Positions 20,713 through 29,630 of a stretch of 48,552 nucleotides of DNA are shown here, piece after piece. The position numbers and the translations under genes were made by a program. Below the pieces are notes generated by a model that saw only the letters and a list, made by a program, of their open reading frames with translations, was not told where the DNA came from and did not search any database. Location of the stretch: assembly GCA_964447495.1 (NCBI GenBank), contig CAYUTF010000019.1:1-48552 (forward strand). Reading direction: 5' to 3'. Numbering within the stretch: the stretch's first letter is position 1; each line of letters opens with the position of its first letter. The stretch is from an uncultured archaeon. GTDB lineage: Archaea > Asgardarchaeota > Lokiarchaeia > Sigyniarchaeales > SOKP01.

Positions 20713-21387
20713 ATGAAAATTGGTAGAAGTAATATCAATCCTACTAAGATAATCTGCTTAGGTAGGAATTATCTAGATCATATAAAAGAAACAAATGCGC
20801 CAATCCCCACAGAACCAGTTTTTTTTGTTAAAACACTCAATACTTTGATAACAGATAATAAGCCAATTATATATCCTAAATTACTGTATGAAAATCAAGC
20901 TTTTAACAAGGTAGATCATGAAGTAGAATTGGCCTTTATTATATTTCAAACCTGTAAGAATATATCTTCCAGATTTGCATATGATTATATTCAGGGTTAT
21001 ACTATCTTTCTTGACATTACAGCAAGAAAAATGCAAATTAGTGATAGAAATATTAAATTACCTTGGTATAGAAGTAAAAATTTTGATACTTTTGGTCCTA
21101 TTGGCCCTGAAATTATTCCATGTATTGATATTGACGACCCTCACAATTTAAATATTCAATTAAAGGTAAATGGTACTTTACGACAAAAATCGAATACAAA
21201 GCATATGCTTTTCAAAATACCTGAAATTTTAGAGTATATTTCAAAATATGTAACACTTAAAAGAGGGGATATCATAGCCACAGGTACTCCCAGTGGTATA
21301 GGATCAATTATACCGGGGGATGTTATCGAAGCATCAATTGAAAAAATAGGCACAATTATACATCAGGTTCTATTAGAAGAAGATTAA
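20713..21387 (+). CDS. Fumarylacetoacetate hydrolase family protein, copy 2
   Basis: KIICLGRNY.DH, DHEVEL, DITAR, KNFDTF.P.GP and GDIIATGTP.G. Tandem paralog. Confidence 0.9.
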   Translation: MKIGRSNINPTKIICLGRNYLDHIKETNAPIPTEPVFFVKTLNTLITDNKPIIYPKLLYENQAFNKVDHEVELAFIIFQTCKNISSRFAYDYIQGYTIFLDITARKMQISDRNIKLPWYRSKNFDTFGPIGPEIIPCIDIDDPHNLNIQLKVNGTLRQKSNTKHMLFKIPEILEYISKYVTLKRGDIIATGTPSGIGSIIPGDVIEASIEKIGTIIHQVLLEED

Positions 21388-21459
21388 AATAAGAGCATTC
21401 TTTCAATCAGTAAATTATAATAGAAAAACTTTTTTAGAGATTTTTATATTTATCCTTAG

Positions 21460-21663
21460 ATGACTGAAGAAATATCGGAAGAAGTAAAAAAGGAAATTTT
21501 TCGGCTAATTGCTATACCGGGAGTCGAAATTAGTGATATACCCGAACAAGTCAATAAGCTTTTTAATACAGAACTTGATTCTGAGAAAGTTATGGAAATT
21601 TTATCTGATGAATATCTTAAACATAATCTTGACTTTGGGCGACGCCTTTGTTGTAGGTTTTAA
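21460..21663 (+). CDS. Small acidic hypothetical protein ending in RRLCCRF
   Basis: 67-aa ORF filling the intergenic space, with a helical acidic pattern. Confidence 0.55.
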   Translation: MTEEISEEVKKEIFRLIAIPGVEISDIPEQVNKLFNTELDSEKVMEILSDEYLKHNLDFGRRLCCRF

Positions 21664-21734
21664 TAATTACTAATAATTCCCTTTTTATATATAATAAAAT
21701 TTTTTAAAGGCTTTTCATTTCTCTTCATACTAAG

Positions 21735-21863
21735 TTCAGAAAACATTCTTAAAGAGCTTAGGACGTAATGGAATACGGCTTCAATATGAAAAATATATTG
21801 AAAGTTTTTAGTAATATTAAGTCATTCTTCATTTGTTCTTAATCCTTAAGGAATGAATCTGAA
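21735..21863 (+). ncRNA. Putative structured RNA (about 130-nt irregular hairpin) upstream of the rpl11 operon
   Basis: Nested complementarity: UUCAGA/UCUGAA, CAUUCUU/AGGAAUG, GGAC/GUUC, AAUG/CAUU, GAAU/AUUC and GGCUU/AAGUC. G-U pairs favour the + strand. Confidence 0.45.
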
Positions 21864-21897
21864 AAACAAATTTAATTAGAATTATGAATGGATCAAA

Positions 21898-22395
21898 ATG
21901 AGCGAGAAAGGTAAAATCATAGTTAAGGCTCTCGTTACAGGGGGTAGTGCCTCAGGAGGTCCCCCGATTGGACCTGCTGTTGGTCCTACAGGCATTAACA
22001 TAAAAGATGTTGTCGATGAGGTTAATGCAAAAACGATGGTGTTTAAAGGATTGACCGTTCCTGTTAGAATTGAGTGTGATCCTGAAACTAAACAATTTGA
22101 AATTTTTGTTGAAACCCCAAGTACCGCATCACTTCTTCTTAAAGAATTAGGAGCAGAAAAGGGAAGTTCTACTAATTTAGAACAGAGGATCGGAGATTTA
22201 ACTTTGGAACAAGTAATGAGTGTTGCAAGAGCAAAAAAAGAAATTTATATGGATAGAACTTTTAAGAAATCAGTAAAATCTGTATTAGGCACAGCTCTAT
22301 CGATTGGTGCTACCGTAGAGGGAGAAGATCCTCGAATTATCCAAAAAAAAATTGATGAAGGAGCGTATGATGATAGGATTAATGAGGAGGCGTAG
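21898..22395 (+). CDS. rpl11: 50S ribosomal protein uL11
   Basis: GG.A..GPPIGPA.GP.G, F.G..VPV, P.TA.LL.KE and GT..S.G.TV.G. Confidence 0.95.
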   Translation: MSEKGKIIVKALVTGGSASGGPPIGPAVGPTGINIKDVVDEVNAKTMVFKGLTVPVRIECDPETKQFEIFVETPSTASLLLKELGAEKGSSTNLEQRIGDLTLEQVMSVARAKKEIYMDRTFKKSVKSVLGTALSIGATVEGEDPRIIQKKIDEGAYDDRINEEA

Positions 22396-22398
22396 ATT

Positions 22399-23127
22399 GT
22401 GAAAGTTGACGATAAATTACTCAAACGATCGCTAAATGCTGCTATAAATCTTTCAATCATTAAAAAAGAAGGATTTAAAGATAAAACTCGAAATTTTGAT
22501 GAGAGCATAGATTTAATTATTAATGTTAAAGATGTTAATCTAAATGATCCAAAACAAAGAATTGATAAAGAGGTCATTTTACCAAATGAAATTGTTGTTT
22601 CTGAGAAACCAAACGTATGTGTGATAGCTTCTGACGAGATACTCCTTGAAGCCAAAAATATTGGTCTTTATACTCTTGATACTGATGAATTAGTAAAACT
22701 TAACAATGAAGAAAAGAAATATAAAAAAAAGTTCGTAAAGAAGTATGAGTTCTTCATAGTTGAGGATAAAATGATGCCAAATATTGCGCGATATTTAGCA
22801 CGATTCCTTGGACCAATAGGGAAGATGCCAAAACCTTTTCCAAGTGGTTATGGGATCATCTCAAACCCAGAAGATTTAAAGGTTGCTGTCAATAGATATT
22901 TAAAAATCATTAGAATTCAATTGAAGAAAATTCCAATAATTCAAGTTAAAGTTGGTAAAAAATCTATGGATAAACAAAAAGTCTTTGAAAATGTAAAAGC
23001 TATTGTTAACTATGTTGCAGATCAAATGCCTCATAAATATAATAATCTAAAGTCTATGTACTTAAAAACTACAATGGGTACACCAATTAAAATTGATGAA
23101 GATTTTCTAAAATCTATGGAGGTCTGA
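22399..23127 (+). CDS. rpl1: 50S ribosomal protein uL1
   Basis: RNFDESIDL, LGP.GKMPKP, VG...M and KTTMG.P. Follows rpl11. Confidence 0.93.
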   Translation: MKVDDKLLKRSLNAAINLSIIKKEGFKDKTRNFDESIDLIINVKDVNLNDPKQRIDKEVILPNEIVVSEKPNVCVIASDEILLEAKNIGLYTLDTDELVKLNNEEKKYKKKFVKKYEFFIVEDKMMPNIARYLARFLGPIGKMPKPFPSGYGIISNPEDLKVAVNRYLKIIRIQLKKIPIIQVKVGKKSMDKQKVFENVKAIVNYVADQMPHKYNNLKSMYLKTTMGTPIKIDEDFLKSMEV

Positions 23128-23131
23128 GAAA

Positions 23132-24103
23132 GTGATTGGAAAAAAAGAGATTCAACAATGGAAATTGGAAGAAGTAGTTCAATTAGTTGATTTGTTTAAA
23201 ACATATAAAAATATCGCGGTTATCGAAGTTTCTCGATTAAATGATAAACAAGTCCAAGAAATGCGAAAAATTTTACGAGGAAAGGCAATTATTCGGATGT
23301 CGAAAAAAAATTTACAGTTATTGGCAATTGAAAGTTTTAAAACAAGTACTAAAAACAAGAATTTAGATGAGTTAGCGAATAAAATTCCTGGACAAGCCGC
23401 ATTATGTTTTTCAAACATGGATATTTATGAGTTGAAGAAGATTTTTAATAATCACGAATGGATGGTCCCAGCGAAACCGAATGAAGTAGCACCAGTAGAT
23501 ATTTGGGTACCTGCAGGTGATACTGGGCTTCCTACTGGCCAAGTTATTAGTGAATTAAATATGATACTCCGTTTACCCACAAGAATTCAAAATGATACCA
23601 TTTGGATAAGAGAAGATACAAGAACTCATAAAGCTGGAGATATTGTCAATGTGAAGCAAGCTGCTGTATTAAAAAAATTAGGCATTAAACCCGTCGAGTC
23701 ATTAATCAAGATAAAATATGCTTGGAGCGAGGGAGAACTTCTGACTGAAGACATATTATATATGAATATTGAACAATTTAAGCAAGATATTCTTGCCGCT
23801 TATATTCCTGCTCAGAAATTGGCTCTAGAAATGGGTATCATTGATAGAGAAACACTTAAACCATTAACCCAAAAAGCATACAGAGAAGCGTTAGCTGTAT
23901 TATTTGAAATACCAGTATTTATTGAGGATATGCAAGATGAATATATCAAAAAAGCGGTTAGAAATGCAAATATAATTAATTCAGTCATTCTTGGAGAAGT
24001 AATAACTAGTCAACCAAAAGAAGCAGAAGGAAAAGATAAAAAGGATAAAAAAGGTAAGGACGACAAAGAAGAAGAAGTTGGAATTGGAGGATTATTTGGA
24101 TAA
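23132..24103 (+). CDS. rpl10: 50S ribosomal protein uL10 (acidic P0)
   Basis: WK...V, R..LRG, A.P..VAP.DI.VPAG.TG..., L..LGIKP and acidic C-terminal GIGGLFG. Confidence 0.93.
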   Translation: MIGKKEIQQWKLEEVVQLVDLFKTYKNIAVIEVSRLNDKQVQEMRKILRGKAIIRMSKKNLQLLAIESFKTSTKNKNLDELANKIPGQAALCFSNMDIYELKKIFNNHEWMVPAKPNEVAPVDIWVPAGDTGLPTGQVISELNMILRLPTRIQNDTIWIREDTRTHKAGDIVNVKQAAVLKKLGIKPVESLIKIKYAWSEGELLTEDILYMNIEQFKQDILAAYIPAQKLALEMGIIDRETLKPLTQKAYREALAVLFEIPVFIEDMQDEYIKKAVRNANIINSVILGEVITSQPKEAEGKDKKDKKGKDDKEEEVGIGGLFG

Positions 24104-24174
24104 ATTAAATTAGATTTTTTTTAACAATATAAATAATAAAATATATTATCGAAAATATAAAAAAGGTAAAGAAA

Positions 24175-24477
24175 ATGGAAAGTATATATGCCGCACTCTT
24201 ACTTCATAAAGCTTCTAAGGATATTACTGAGGCAAATATCGAAAAAATATTGAAAGCTGCTGGGGTTGAAGCAGATAAAGCTCAACTATCTAAATTAGTC
24301 GCTGGATTAAAAGAAACCAATATTGAAGACATCATTAGTTCAGCTGCAGTCGCTCCAGTAATGGCAGCTCCAATAGTGTCTGGAACATCAAAAGGAGCAG
24401 CACCAAAAGAAGAAAAGAAGAAGGAAAAAGAGGAAGAGGAAGAAGAGGAGCCCACAGGGATCGGATCGCTGTTTTAG
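24175..24477 (+). CDS. rpl12: 50S ribosomal stalk protein P1/L12 (aP1)
   Basis: MESIYAALLLH, Ala-rich hinge and EEEEEE..GIGSLF C-terminus. Confidence 0.95.
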   Translation: MESIYAALLLHKASKDITEANIEKILKAAGVEADKAQLSKLVAGLKETNIEDIISSAAVAPVMAAPIVSGTSKGAAPKEEKKKEKEEEEEEEPTGIGSLF

Positions 24478-24517
24478 TTGCTCTAGTTCCTGGGATTCTA
24501 TAGAAAAGTATTTTACA

Positions 24518-24542
24518 CTTTTTTTTTAATTATTTTTTTTTT
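24518..24542 (+). terminator. Oligo-T tracts, probable archaeal terminator after the rpl11-rpl1-rpl10-rpl12 operon
   Basis: Two runs of about 10 T shortly downstream of the rpl12 stop. Confidence 0.4.
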
Positions 24543-24723
24543 AATCAGCAGTTTTTCATACTCTGTGTTAGAGATTAATTATAAATGAACTAAATCAAAT
24601 CAAAAACTTTTTTTAAAATTCAATTTTTATCTTTTTATTAGATTTTTATTACATTTATCATTAATTTACTAGAATTTATAGAAATAGAATCAACATCTAA
24701 CCAAAAATTAAAGCTGATGAGAT

Positions 24724-26190
24724 ATGACGGGTAAGTTCTTAAAGGTTTTCTCTCCATTTGTCCGAATTATGCCTGAACTTAAGCAACCTCAAAGAGAGGT
24801 AAGCTTTAAAGAAAAATTTATTTGGACTGCAGTAGTCTTAGTTGTTTATCTTATTTTATCAAATATTCCGTTATACGGTGTTAATCTAGCAGAAACTACA
24901 GATTATTATTATTGGTTACGAGTCATTTTAGCCAGTCAAAGAGGAACATTAACTGAGTTAGGAATTGGACCAATAGTCACTGCTGGTTTAATCATGCAAC
25001 TGCTTTTAGGGTCCAAAATAATTAATGTCGATATGTCTGACCCGTACGATCGAGCAATGTTTAGTGGCGCTCAAAAAGTCTTAGCTATGGGTTTGACATT
25101 ATTTAACGCGGTAGCATACATTCTTGGTGGAGCATTTGGCGATCCTGCAGAATTAGGAGTCGCAAATATTTCCTTTATTTTTCTTCAGTTAATGTTTGCG
25201 GGAATTATAATTATCCTATTAGACGAATTATTACAAAAAGGTTGGGGATTGGGAAGTGGAGTTTCCTTATTCATTGCAGCAGGGGTCGCGGGTCAAATCT
25301 TTTGGAATACCTTTAGTTTTATTGAAGCTCCTGATGGTAATTTCCGGGGATTAGTTATTGCTTTTGTCAGAGCTTTAGTTGACCCGAATTTAGATGTCGG
25401 AGATTTATTCTTACGTGAACAAGCTTTGCCCTCCATATTAGGTGGAATCACTACGATGATTATATTTGTGATCGTTATATGGTTTGAGTCTACTAGAGTG
25501 GAAATCCCATTAGCATACAGTGGTCATCGAGGTTTTAAAGGGAAGTATCCAATGAAACTACTCTATGTCTCGAATATTCCTGTGATATTAGTCAACGCGT
25601 TGTATGCAAATTTTTTATTCATTGGACAACTTGTTGCAGGTCCTAGTTCAGGGTTAAGAGGACAAAACCGAACCCTTGATGGCTTCCTAAATCTCATAGG
25701 TATTTTTGAACCATCATCGGAAGGAACATCTTTTGGTAATTATTTAATTCCAAAAAGTGGGTTAATTTATTTTCTTTCCCCGCCTCAAGGAATTAATGCG
25801 TTACTAGATGATCCGATTCGAGCGGTTATATATCTGGTTATTTTTATATTTTTGTGCGTGATGCTCGGCCGTGTATGGGTAGAGGTGAGCGGTCTTGCTC
25901 CACGAGATATTGCGGGCCAAATACTAGATTCGGGAATGCAAATTCCGGGCTTTAGAAGCTCCGAAAGAATTATTGAACGAATTCTTAAAAGGTATATTCC
26001 AACCCTTATAATTTTGAACGGCTTCATTATCGCAATTATGAGCTTCTTCGCTGACTCCCTTGGGGCATTGACATCAGGGACAGGTCTACTAATCGCAATA
26101 GGAATTGTGCATCAATATTCAGAAACAATTGCTAAGGAGGTCGCTGCCTCACAATATCCGGGCATGCGAGGTTTTCTTGGACTTGATTAA
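24724..26190 (+). CDS. secY: Preprotein translocase SecY (Sec61alpha)
   Basis: IPLYG, GTL.ELGIGPIVTAG, GWGLGSG.SLFI, YPMKLLYVSNIP and GTGLL. Confidence 0.97.
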   Translation: MTGKFLKVFSPFVRIMPELKQPQREVSFKEKFIWTAVVLVVYLILSNIPLYGVNLAETTDYYYWLRVILASQRGTLTELGIGPIVTAGLIMQLLLGSKIINVDMSDPYDRAMFSGAQKVLAMGLTLFNAVAYILGGAFGDPAELGVANISFIFLQLMFAGIIIILLDELLQKGWGLGSGVSLFIAAGVAGQIFWNTFSFIEAPDGNFRGLVIAFVRALVDPNLDVGDLFLREQALPSILGGITTMIIFVIVIWFESTRVEIPLAYSGHRGFKGKYPMKLLYVSNIPVILVNALYANFLFIGQLVAGPSSGLRGQNRTLDGFLNLIGIFEPSSEGTSFGNYLIPKSGLIYFLSPPQGINALLDDPIRAVIYLVIFIFLCVMLGRVWVEVSGLAPRDIAGQILDSGMQIPGFRSSERIIERILKRYIPTLIILNGFIIAIMSFFADSLGALTSGTGLLIAIGIVHQYSETIAKEVAASQYPGMRGFLGLD

Positions 26191-26303
26191 ATTAAATTTT
26201 ATTGAAGTAAATTAAAGTTTCAATAACATTTTTTAATATAAATTATATAACATTTATTAAGAATAGAGAAATATCAAATGTCTCACATCTAGTCGATTCT
26301 TAC

Positions 26304-26378
26304 ATCTGAGTTAAAATATTATTGTGAAACCATTGCGAAAGAAGTAGTTGCGTGGATGAAACAATAATTTTATCAGAT
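26304..26378 (+). ncRNA. Putative structured RNA hairpin with tandem-GA internal loop (SECIS/K-turn-like)
   Basis: AUCUGA/UCAGAU and AUUAUUGU/ACAAUAAU stems, a GAAA/AUGAA internal loop, a CCAUUGCG/UGCGUGG stem and an apical loop starting AAA. Confidence 0.45.
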
Positions 26379-26469
26379 AGCAATGTAGTTAAAGAGTATT
26401 AAAACAAAATTATTCATTATTTTTTAATCTAAAAAATTTTAAAATATTGAAAAATTATAGAGAATTAAT

Positions 26470-27153
26470 ATGATTTTCTTAATAATTCAAGATCCTAACC
26501 CATTTGTAGATTGGATCAGTACGCCCCCGGGCTCTATGTTCTTTATATTATTGATCGCAATCATGACCGCACTATTAAGTATCGGATTAACACGCTGGCT
26601 AGTCGATACTGACGCTATAAATCGTAAGCAAGTACAGATGAAAGCTCATGACGAAGAAAAGGCAAAGATAATAGAGTTAGCAGAGATAGATGTAGAACGT
26701 TATAGAAAAGCCCGCAAACGGTGGGAACGAAAAGATGCAATGTTTAAGCAATCTCAGCAGAAAATGTCATTACAAAGATTAAAACCTACGTGTATAACCT
26801 TTTTACCGATGATAGTAATTTTTGGTTTTATTCGAGCGTTATATGATGTAGGTGGTATCAGCTTACCAGTTGCATTATCACCAATGAACGCAAACGATGT
26901 GCCGTTGCTTGGCAGTATGTTAGCAGCGGTGACACCGGGAGATGTATCCTGGACCCAGTATGTGTATAATGTGATACGAACTATTAGATTAGAGGATGGT
27001 TGGATAAATTTTACCGCATGGTATTTTCTATGTAGTTTTGGAATGAACACCCTTCTTCAGAGACTACTTAAAATGCAAACTCAAGCGACAGGCGGTATGG
27101 AACAGATGATGGGCGGATCTAAGGCTAAAGGATTAGAATTCCCTAATGTGTAA
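26470..27153 (+). CDS. DUF106 / EMC3-TMCO1 (Oxa1 superfamily) membrane insertase
   Basis: TM, coiled coil, then KP...T.LPM TM, and WYFLCSF near the C-terminus. Conserved position downstream of secY. Confidence 0.88.
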   Translation: MIFLIIQDPNPFVDWISTPPGSMFFILLIAIMTALLSIGLTRWLVDTDAINRKQVQMKAHDEEKAKIIELAEIDVERYRKARKRWERKDAMFKQSQQKMSLQRLKPTCITFLPMIVIFGFIRALYDVGGISLPVALSPMNANDVPLLGSMLAAVTPGDVSWTQYVYNVIRTIRLEDGWINFTAWYFLCSFGMNTLLQRLLKMQTQATGGMEQMMGGSKAKGLEFPNV

Positions 27154-27201
27154 TCTCTTACAATCTTTCACTATTTTAAGTTCAAATTGAAAAAAAGAAA
27201 T

Positions 27202-27585
27202 TTAGTTTGAGTGGTTATGATTTTGGCCTTCACCACAACTAGGACCGCCTAAAGGTTTTAATTTGCCTTCCAATAATAACGCGATATTTTGTTCTAATGT
27301 TTCGCCCTGAATTCCCTGATACAAATTAATTCCCATTTGGATAAATCCCATATAGGGTCTGCCTCCGATTCCACCAACAATCATTTCAGTCACAGCACGA
27401 TTTTTCATATTTATTACAGGCTCCATGCAACTCGAATGACCATTGTTGGGTAAAGAAAATGTCTTCTCGTAGGTATTATCTTCATTAAGTTTAATTCCAA
27501 CAAAATAAAGACAGTGGCCAAAGTGTTCAGAAATAGGATCGGCTAATTCCGGACCGTTTGAAGGTATTCCAATTACTTTCGACAT
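27202..27585 (-). CDS. NifB/NifX family (dinitrogenase FeMo-cofactor biosynthesis domain) protein
   Basis: ISEHFGHC.YF, GGIG.RP, GI..Y.G and a C-terminal Cys/His tail. Confidence 0.8.
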   Translation of the reverse strand: MSKVIGIPSNGPELADPISEHFGHCLYFVGIKLNEDNTYEKTFSLPNNGHSSCMEPVINMKNRAVTEMIVGGIGGRPYMGFIQMGINLYQGIQGETLEQNIALLLEGKLKPLGGPSCGEGQNHNHSN

Positions 27586-27702
27586 TTTTTGTTTAAACCA
27601 ATATTTTTTGTAATAATAGAATTAAATTTATAAAAACTGATTTGCTTTAATATTTTTAGGTTATATTTTAAAATTCTGAAGGGCTAATTTATCATAAGCT
27701 TA

Positions 27703-28110
27703 TTATGGAAAAGCCCCCACATCGCCATCTGCGATATATGATTTTTTAAGAATTTCATAACACTTCTCGCAGTACCAAACCCTATCCACGGGATTGAAAA
27801 TATGGTCTTTCTCAAAATCACCGCAAACGGGACAGACACAAATCGATGCGTCAAGTTGTTTGCGATTCGCAATCTCTTGTTTATAAAGGATTTGATACTT
27901 TTTATGAAATTCTTCTTCACTCAAATCTGGGAATTTAAGAAGACTCCCTTTTTTACCTAATATTTCTAACAACCGTGCGATTGATTCCCTTACTAAGAGT
28001 GTACGCAGTCCGAGCCGAATCTTCCGCAACCGCGGATCCTTTACCCGTATGACTCGCTTCCTCTTCATCATACATCTCTTATATATTTCATTTTTTCTTA
28101 ACTCCCTCAT
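27703..28110 (-). CDS. Basic hypothetical protein with C-terminal zinc finger
   Basis: CVCPVC...WYCEKCY with an Arg/Lys-rich N-terminus. Start uncertain. Confidence 0.6.
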   Translation of the reverse strand: MRELRKNEIYKRCMMKRKRVIRVKDPRLRKIRLGLRTLLVRESIARLLEILGKKGSLLKFPDLSEEEFHKKYQILYKQEIANRKQLDASICVCPVCGDFEKDHIFNPVDRVWYCEKCYEILKKSYIADGDVGAFP

Positions 28111-28294
28111 AAAATGAGAGAGATTCTCTCTCGAATGAGTTGAAATATTAAATTTTATATATTGTTATAGAATTCCTCATCTTCATTATAATTGTTTGAT
28201 CTTTCATTAGGAATGAATTCCTGCCAAATTTATTTTCTTACCAAAAAATCTTTATTTTAATAATTTTTTATTATTATTATATTATTATAAATCT

Positions 28295-28451
28295 GCAGCA
28301 GTAGCGTAGCTCGGTAAGCAATGCCCGGAAACGCGCTGGCTTGGAGTTTTTTAACTGAAATTTCTAGAACCAATAAGCCAGTGTCCTCACGGACTCATGG
28401 GTTCGAAATGATCACTCATTTCGAGGGATTTGGAAAATCCCATCTGCTGCG
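28295..28451 (+). tRNA. tRNA-Ser(GGA) with three introns (21/22: 28317-28330; 37/38: 28347-28375; 59/60: 28408-28437)
   Basis: Acceptor GCAGCAG/CUGCUGC plus G73, D stem GCGU/ACGC, anticodon stem CUGGC/GCCAG, long variable arm GUCC/GGAC and T stem AUGGG/CCCAU. BHB helices UCGG/CCGG and UUGG/CCAA; the third is relaxed. Confidence 0.85.
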
Positions 28452-28604
28452 TTTTATTTTATAACTTATAAATATAGCCTTCTTTATAATTAAGTCCTCT
28501 GGCTTAAAATAACATAAGAACATAGTGGTTAAACACAATTCTGATTTTGAAAAATAAAAATTAATATAAAAAAAAATATAAAAAAAATTATGATGGGAAC
28601 TTTA

Positions 28605-28892
28605 TTAATGGAGCGGGATGGTAATCTTTTCTTTGAACTTCTTTTCCATTTTTGCTTTTTTTATAGCATCTTCAACTTCTTTGTGTTTTGCGCCTTTTTT
28701 AATTTCAATACTATCAGATACGGGCTCGATATGGTTGAAATTCACTCTCCTTCTTTTCACTTTTAATCCGTCAATTAGTAAATAGTTTTTATCAATGATA
28801 TCTACAATTACACAGTAGTATCCCGCTTCTCTTCCCATAGTTTTTATACAAACTCTTCCTATATCATAAACACTCATATAATTTGTCACCAA
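28605..28892 (-). CDS. rpl14e: 50S ribosomal protein eL14
   Basis: IGRVCIKT.GREAG..CVIVD.ID, VKRRRVN..HIEP. Probable start 28877. Confidence 0.93.
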   Translation of the reverse strand: MVTNYMSVYDIGRVCIKTMGREAGYYCVIVDIIDKNYLLIDGLKVKRRRVNFNHIEPVSDSIEIKKGAKHKEVEDAIKKAKMEKKFKEKITIPLH

Positions 28893-29016
28893 ATTATTTA
28901 CTTTATTTTATCTCTGCTAGAATTTTTAATTTCCAGTAAAGATAAAACATCATAAGTAATTTAAAAAATACGCATAGAAATAAAATTTTTATGATTTTTA
29001 GGAGTAAATTTTAATT

Positions 29017-29556
29017 TTATTTAAATTTCTCTTTAATTTTTAAGAGAATTTGATCCACAATTTCATTAATTGACAGTTTTTCTGTATCAATTATAAGATC
29101 GTAAAGTTGTTTATGCATTTTGGGATCTTTTAAATTAATTTTATATAACTTTTTGAAGCGTTCTAACTCTGATGATTCTCTTAAGACAGTTTCATTCAGC
29201 TTCTCTTCAAGGGGAACATCGTCTCTTTCGGACATACGCGAAATTCTGATTTCAGTAGGACATGTAAGCAAAATCTTGAAGTCTGCTAAATCTTTTAAAA
29301 GATATGCGCTTAATTGGCTATCAATTAGAATATCTCCTGTATGTGCGATATTGATTATTTTATTATCTAATTCAATGTCAATTTCGGGATGAGCTTCAAC
29401 ATAATCAGTAAATTCTTTAATATTCATATGCTTCTCTTGTGCAAGATCTCTAAAAGCTTGTCCTGTAGAATAATACTTTATACCTAATCTTTCAGAGAGA
29501 ATTTTACCAACAGTGGACTTTCCAGTTCCATGAAGTCCTGAAATAGTTATGATCAT
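29017..29556 (-). CDS. cmk: Archaeal cytidylate kinase
   Basis: MIITISG..GTGKST, G..FR..A, ID..LD, RE.SE..R....Y and YDL.IDT. Confidence 0.9.
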   Translation of the reverse strand: MIITISGLHGTGKSTVGKILSERLGIKYYSTGQAFRDLAQEKHMNIKEFTDYVEAHPEIDIELDNKIINIAHTGDILIDSQLSAYLLKDLADFKILLTCPTEIRISRMSERDDVPLEEKLNETVLRESSELERFKKLYKINLKDPKMHKQLYDLIIDTEKLSINEIVDQILLKIKEKFK

Positions 29557-29630
29557 ATATCTTTCACAAAATTTATTAATAATGGCAAAGTAATAAAAAC
29601 TTTGATTAGAAATAATGAGCTAAGGTGCTT

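Noticed and set aside
26328-26349. SRP RNA helix-8 resemblance (GAAA tetraloop, AAGUAG) downstream of secY
   Set aside because: It lacks the conserved CAGG/AGCA symmetric loop and closing stem, and the structured region is far shorter than archaeal 7S RNA.
28341-28346. tRNA-Pro(UGG) reading of the first tRNA
   Set aside because: The CUGGC/GCCAG stem register places GGA at 34-36, and the long variable arm and G73 indicate Ser.
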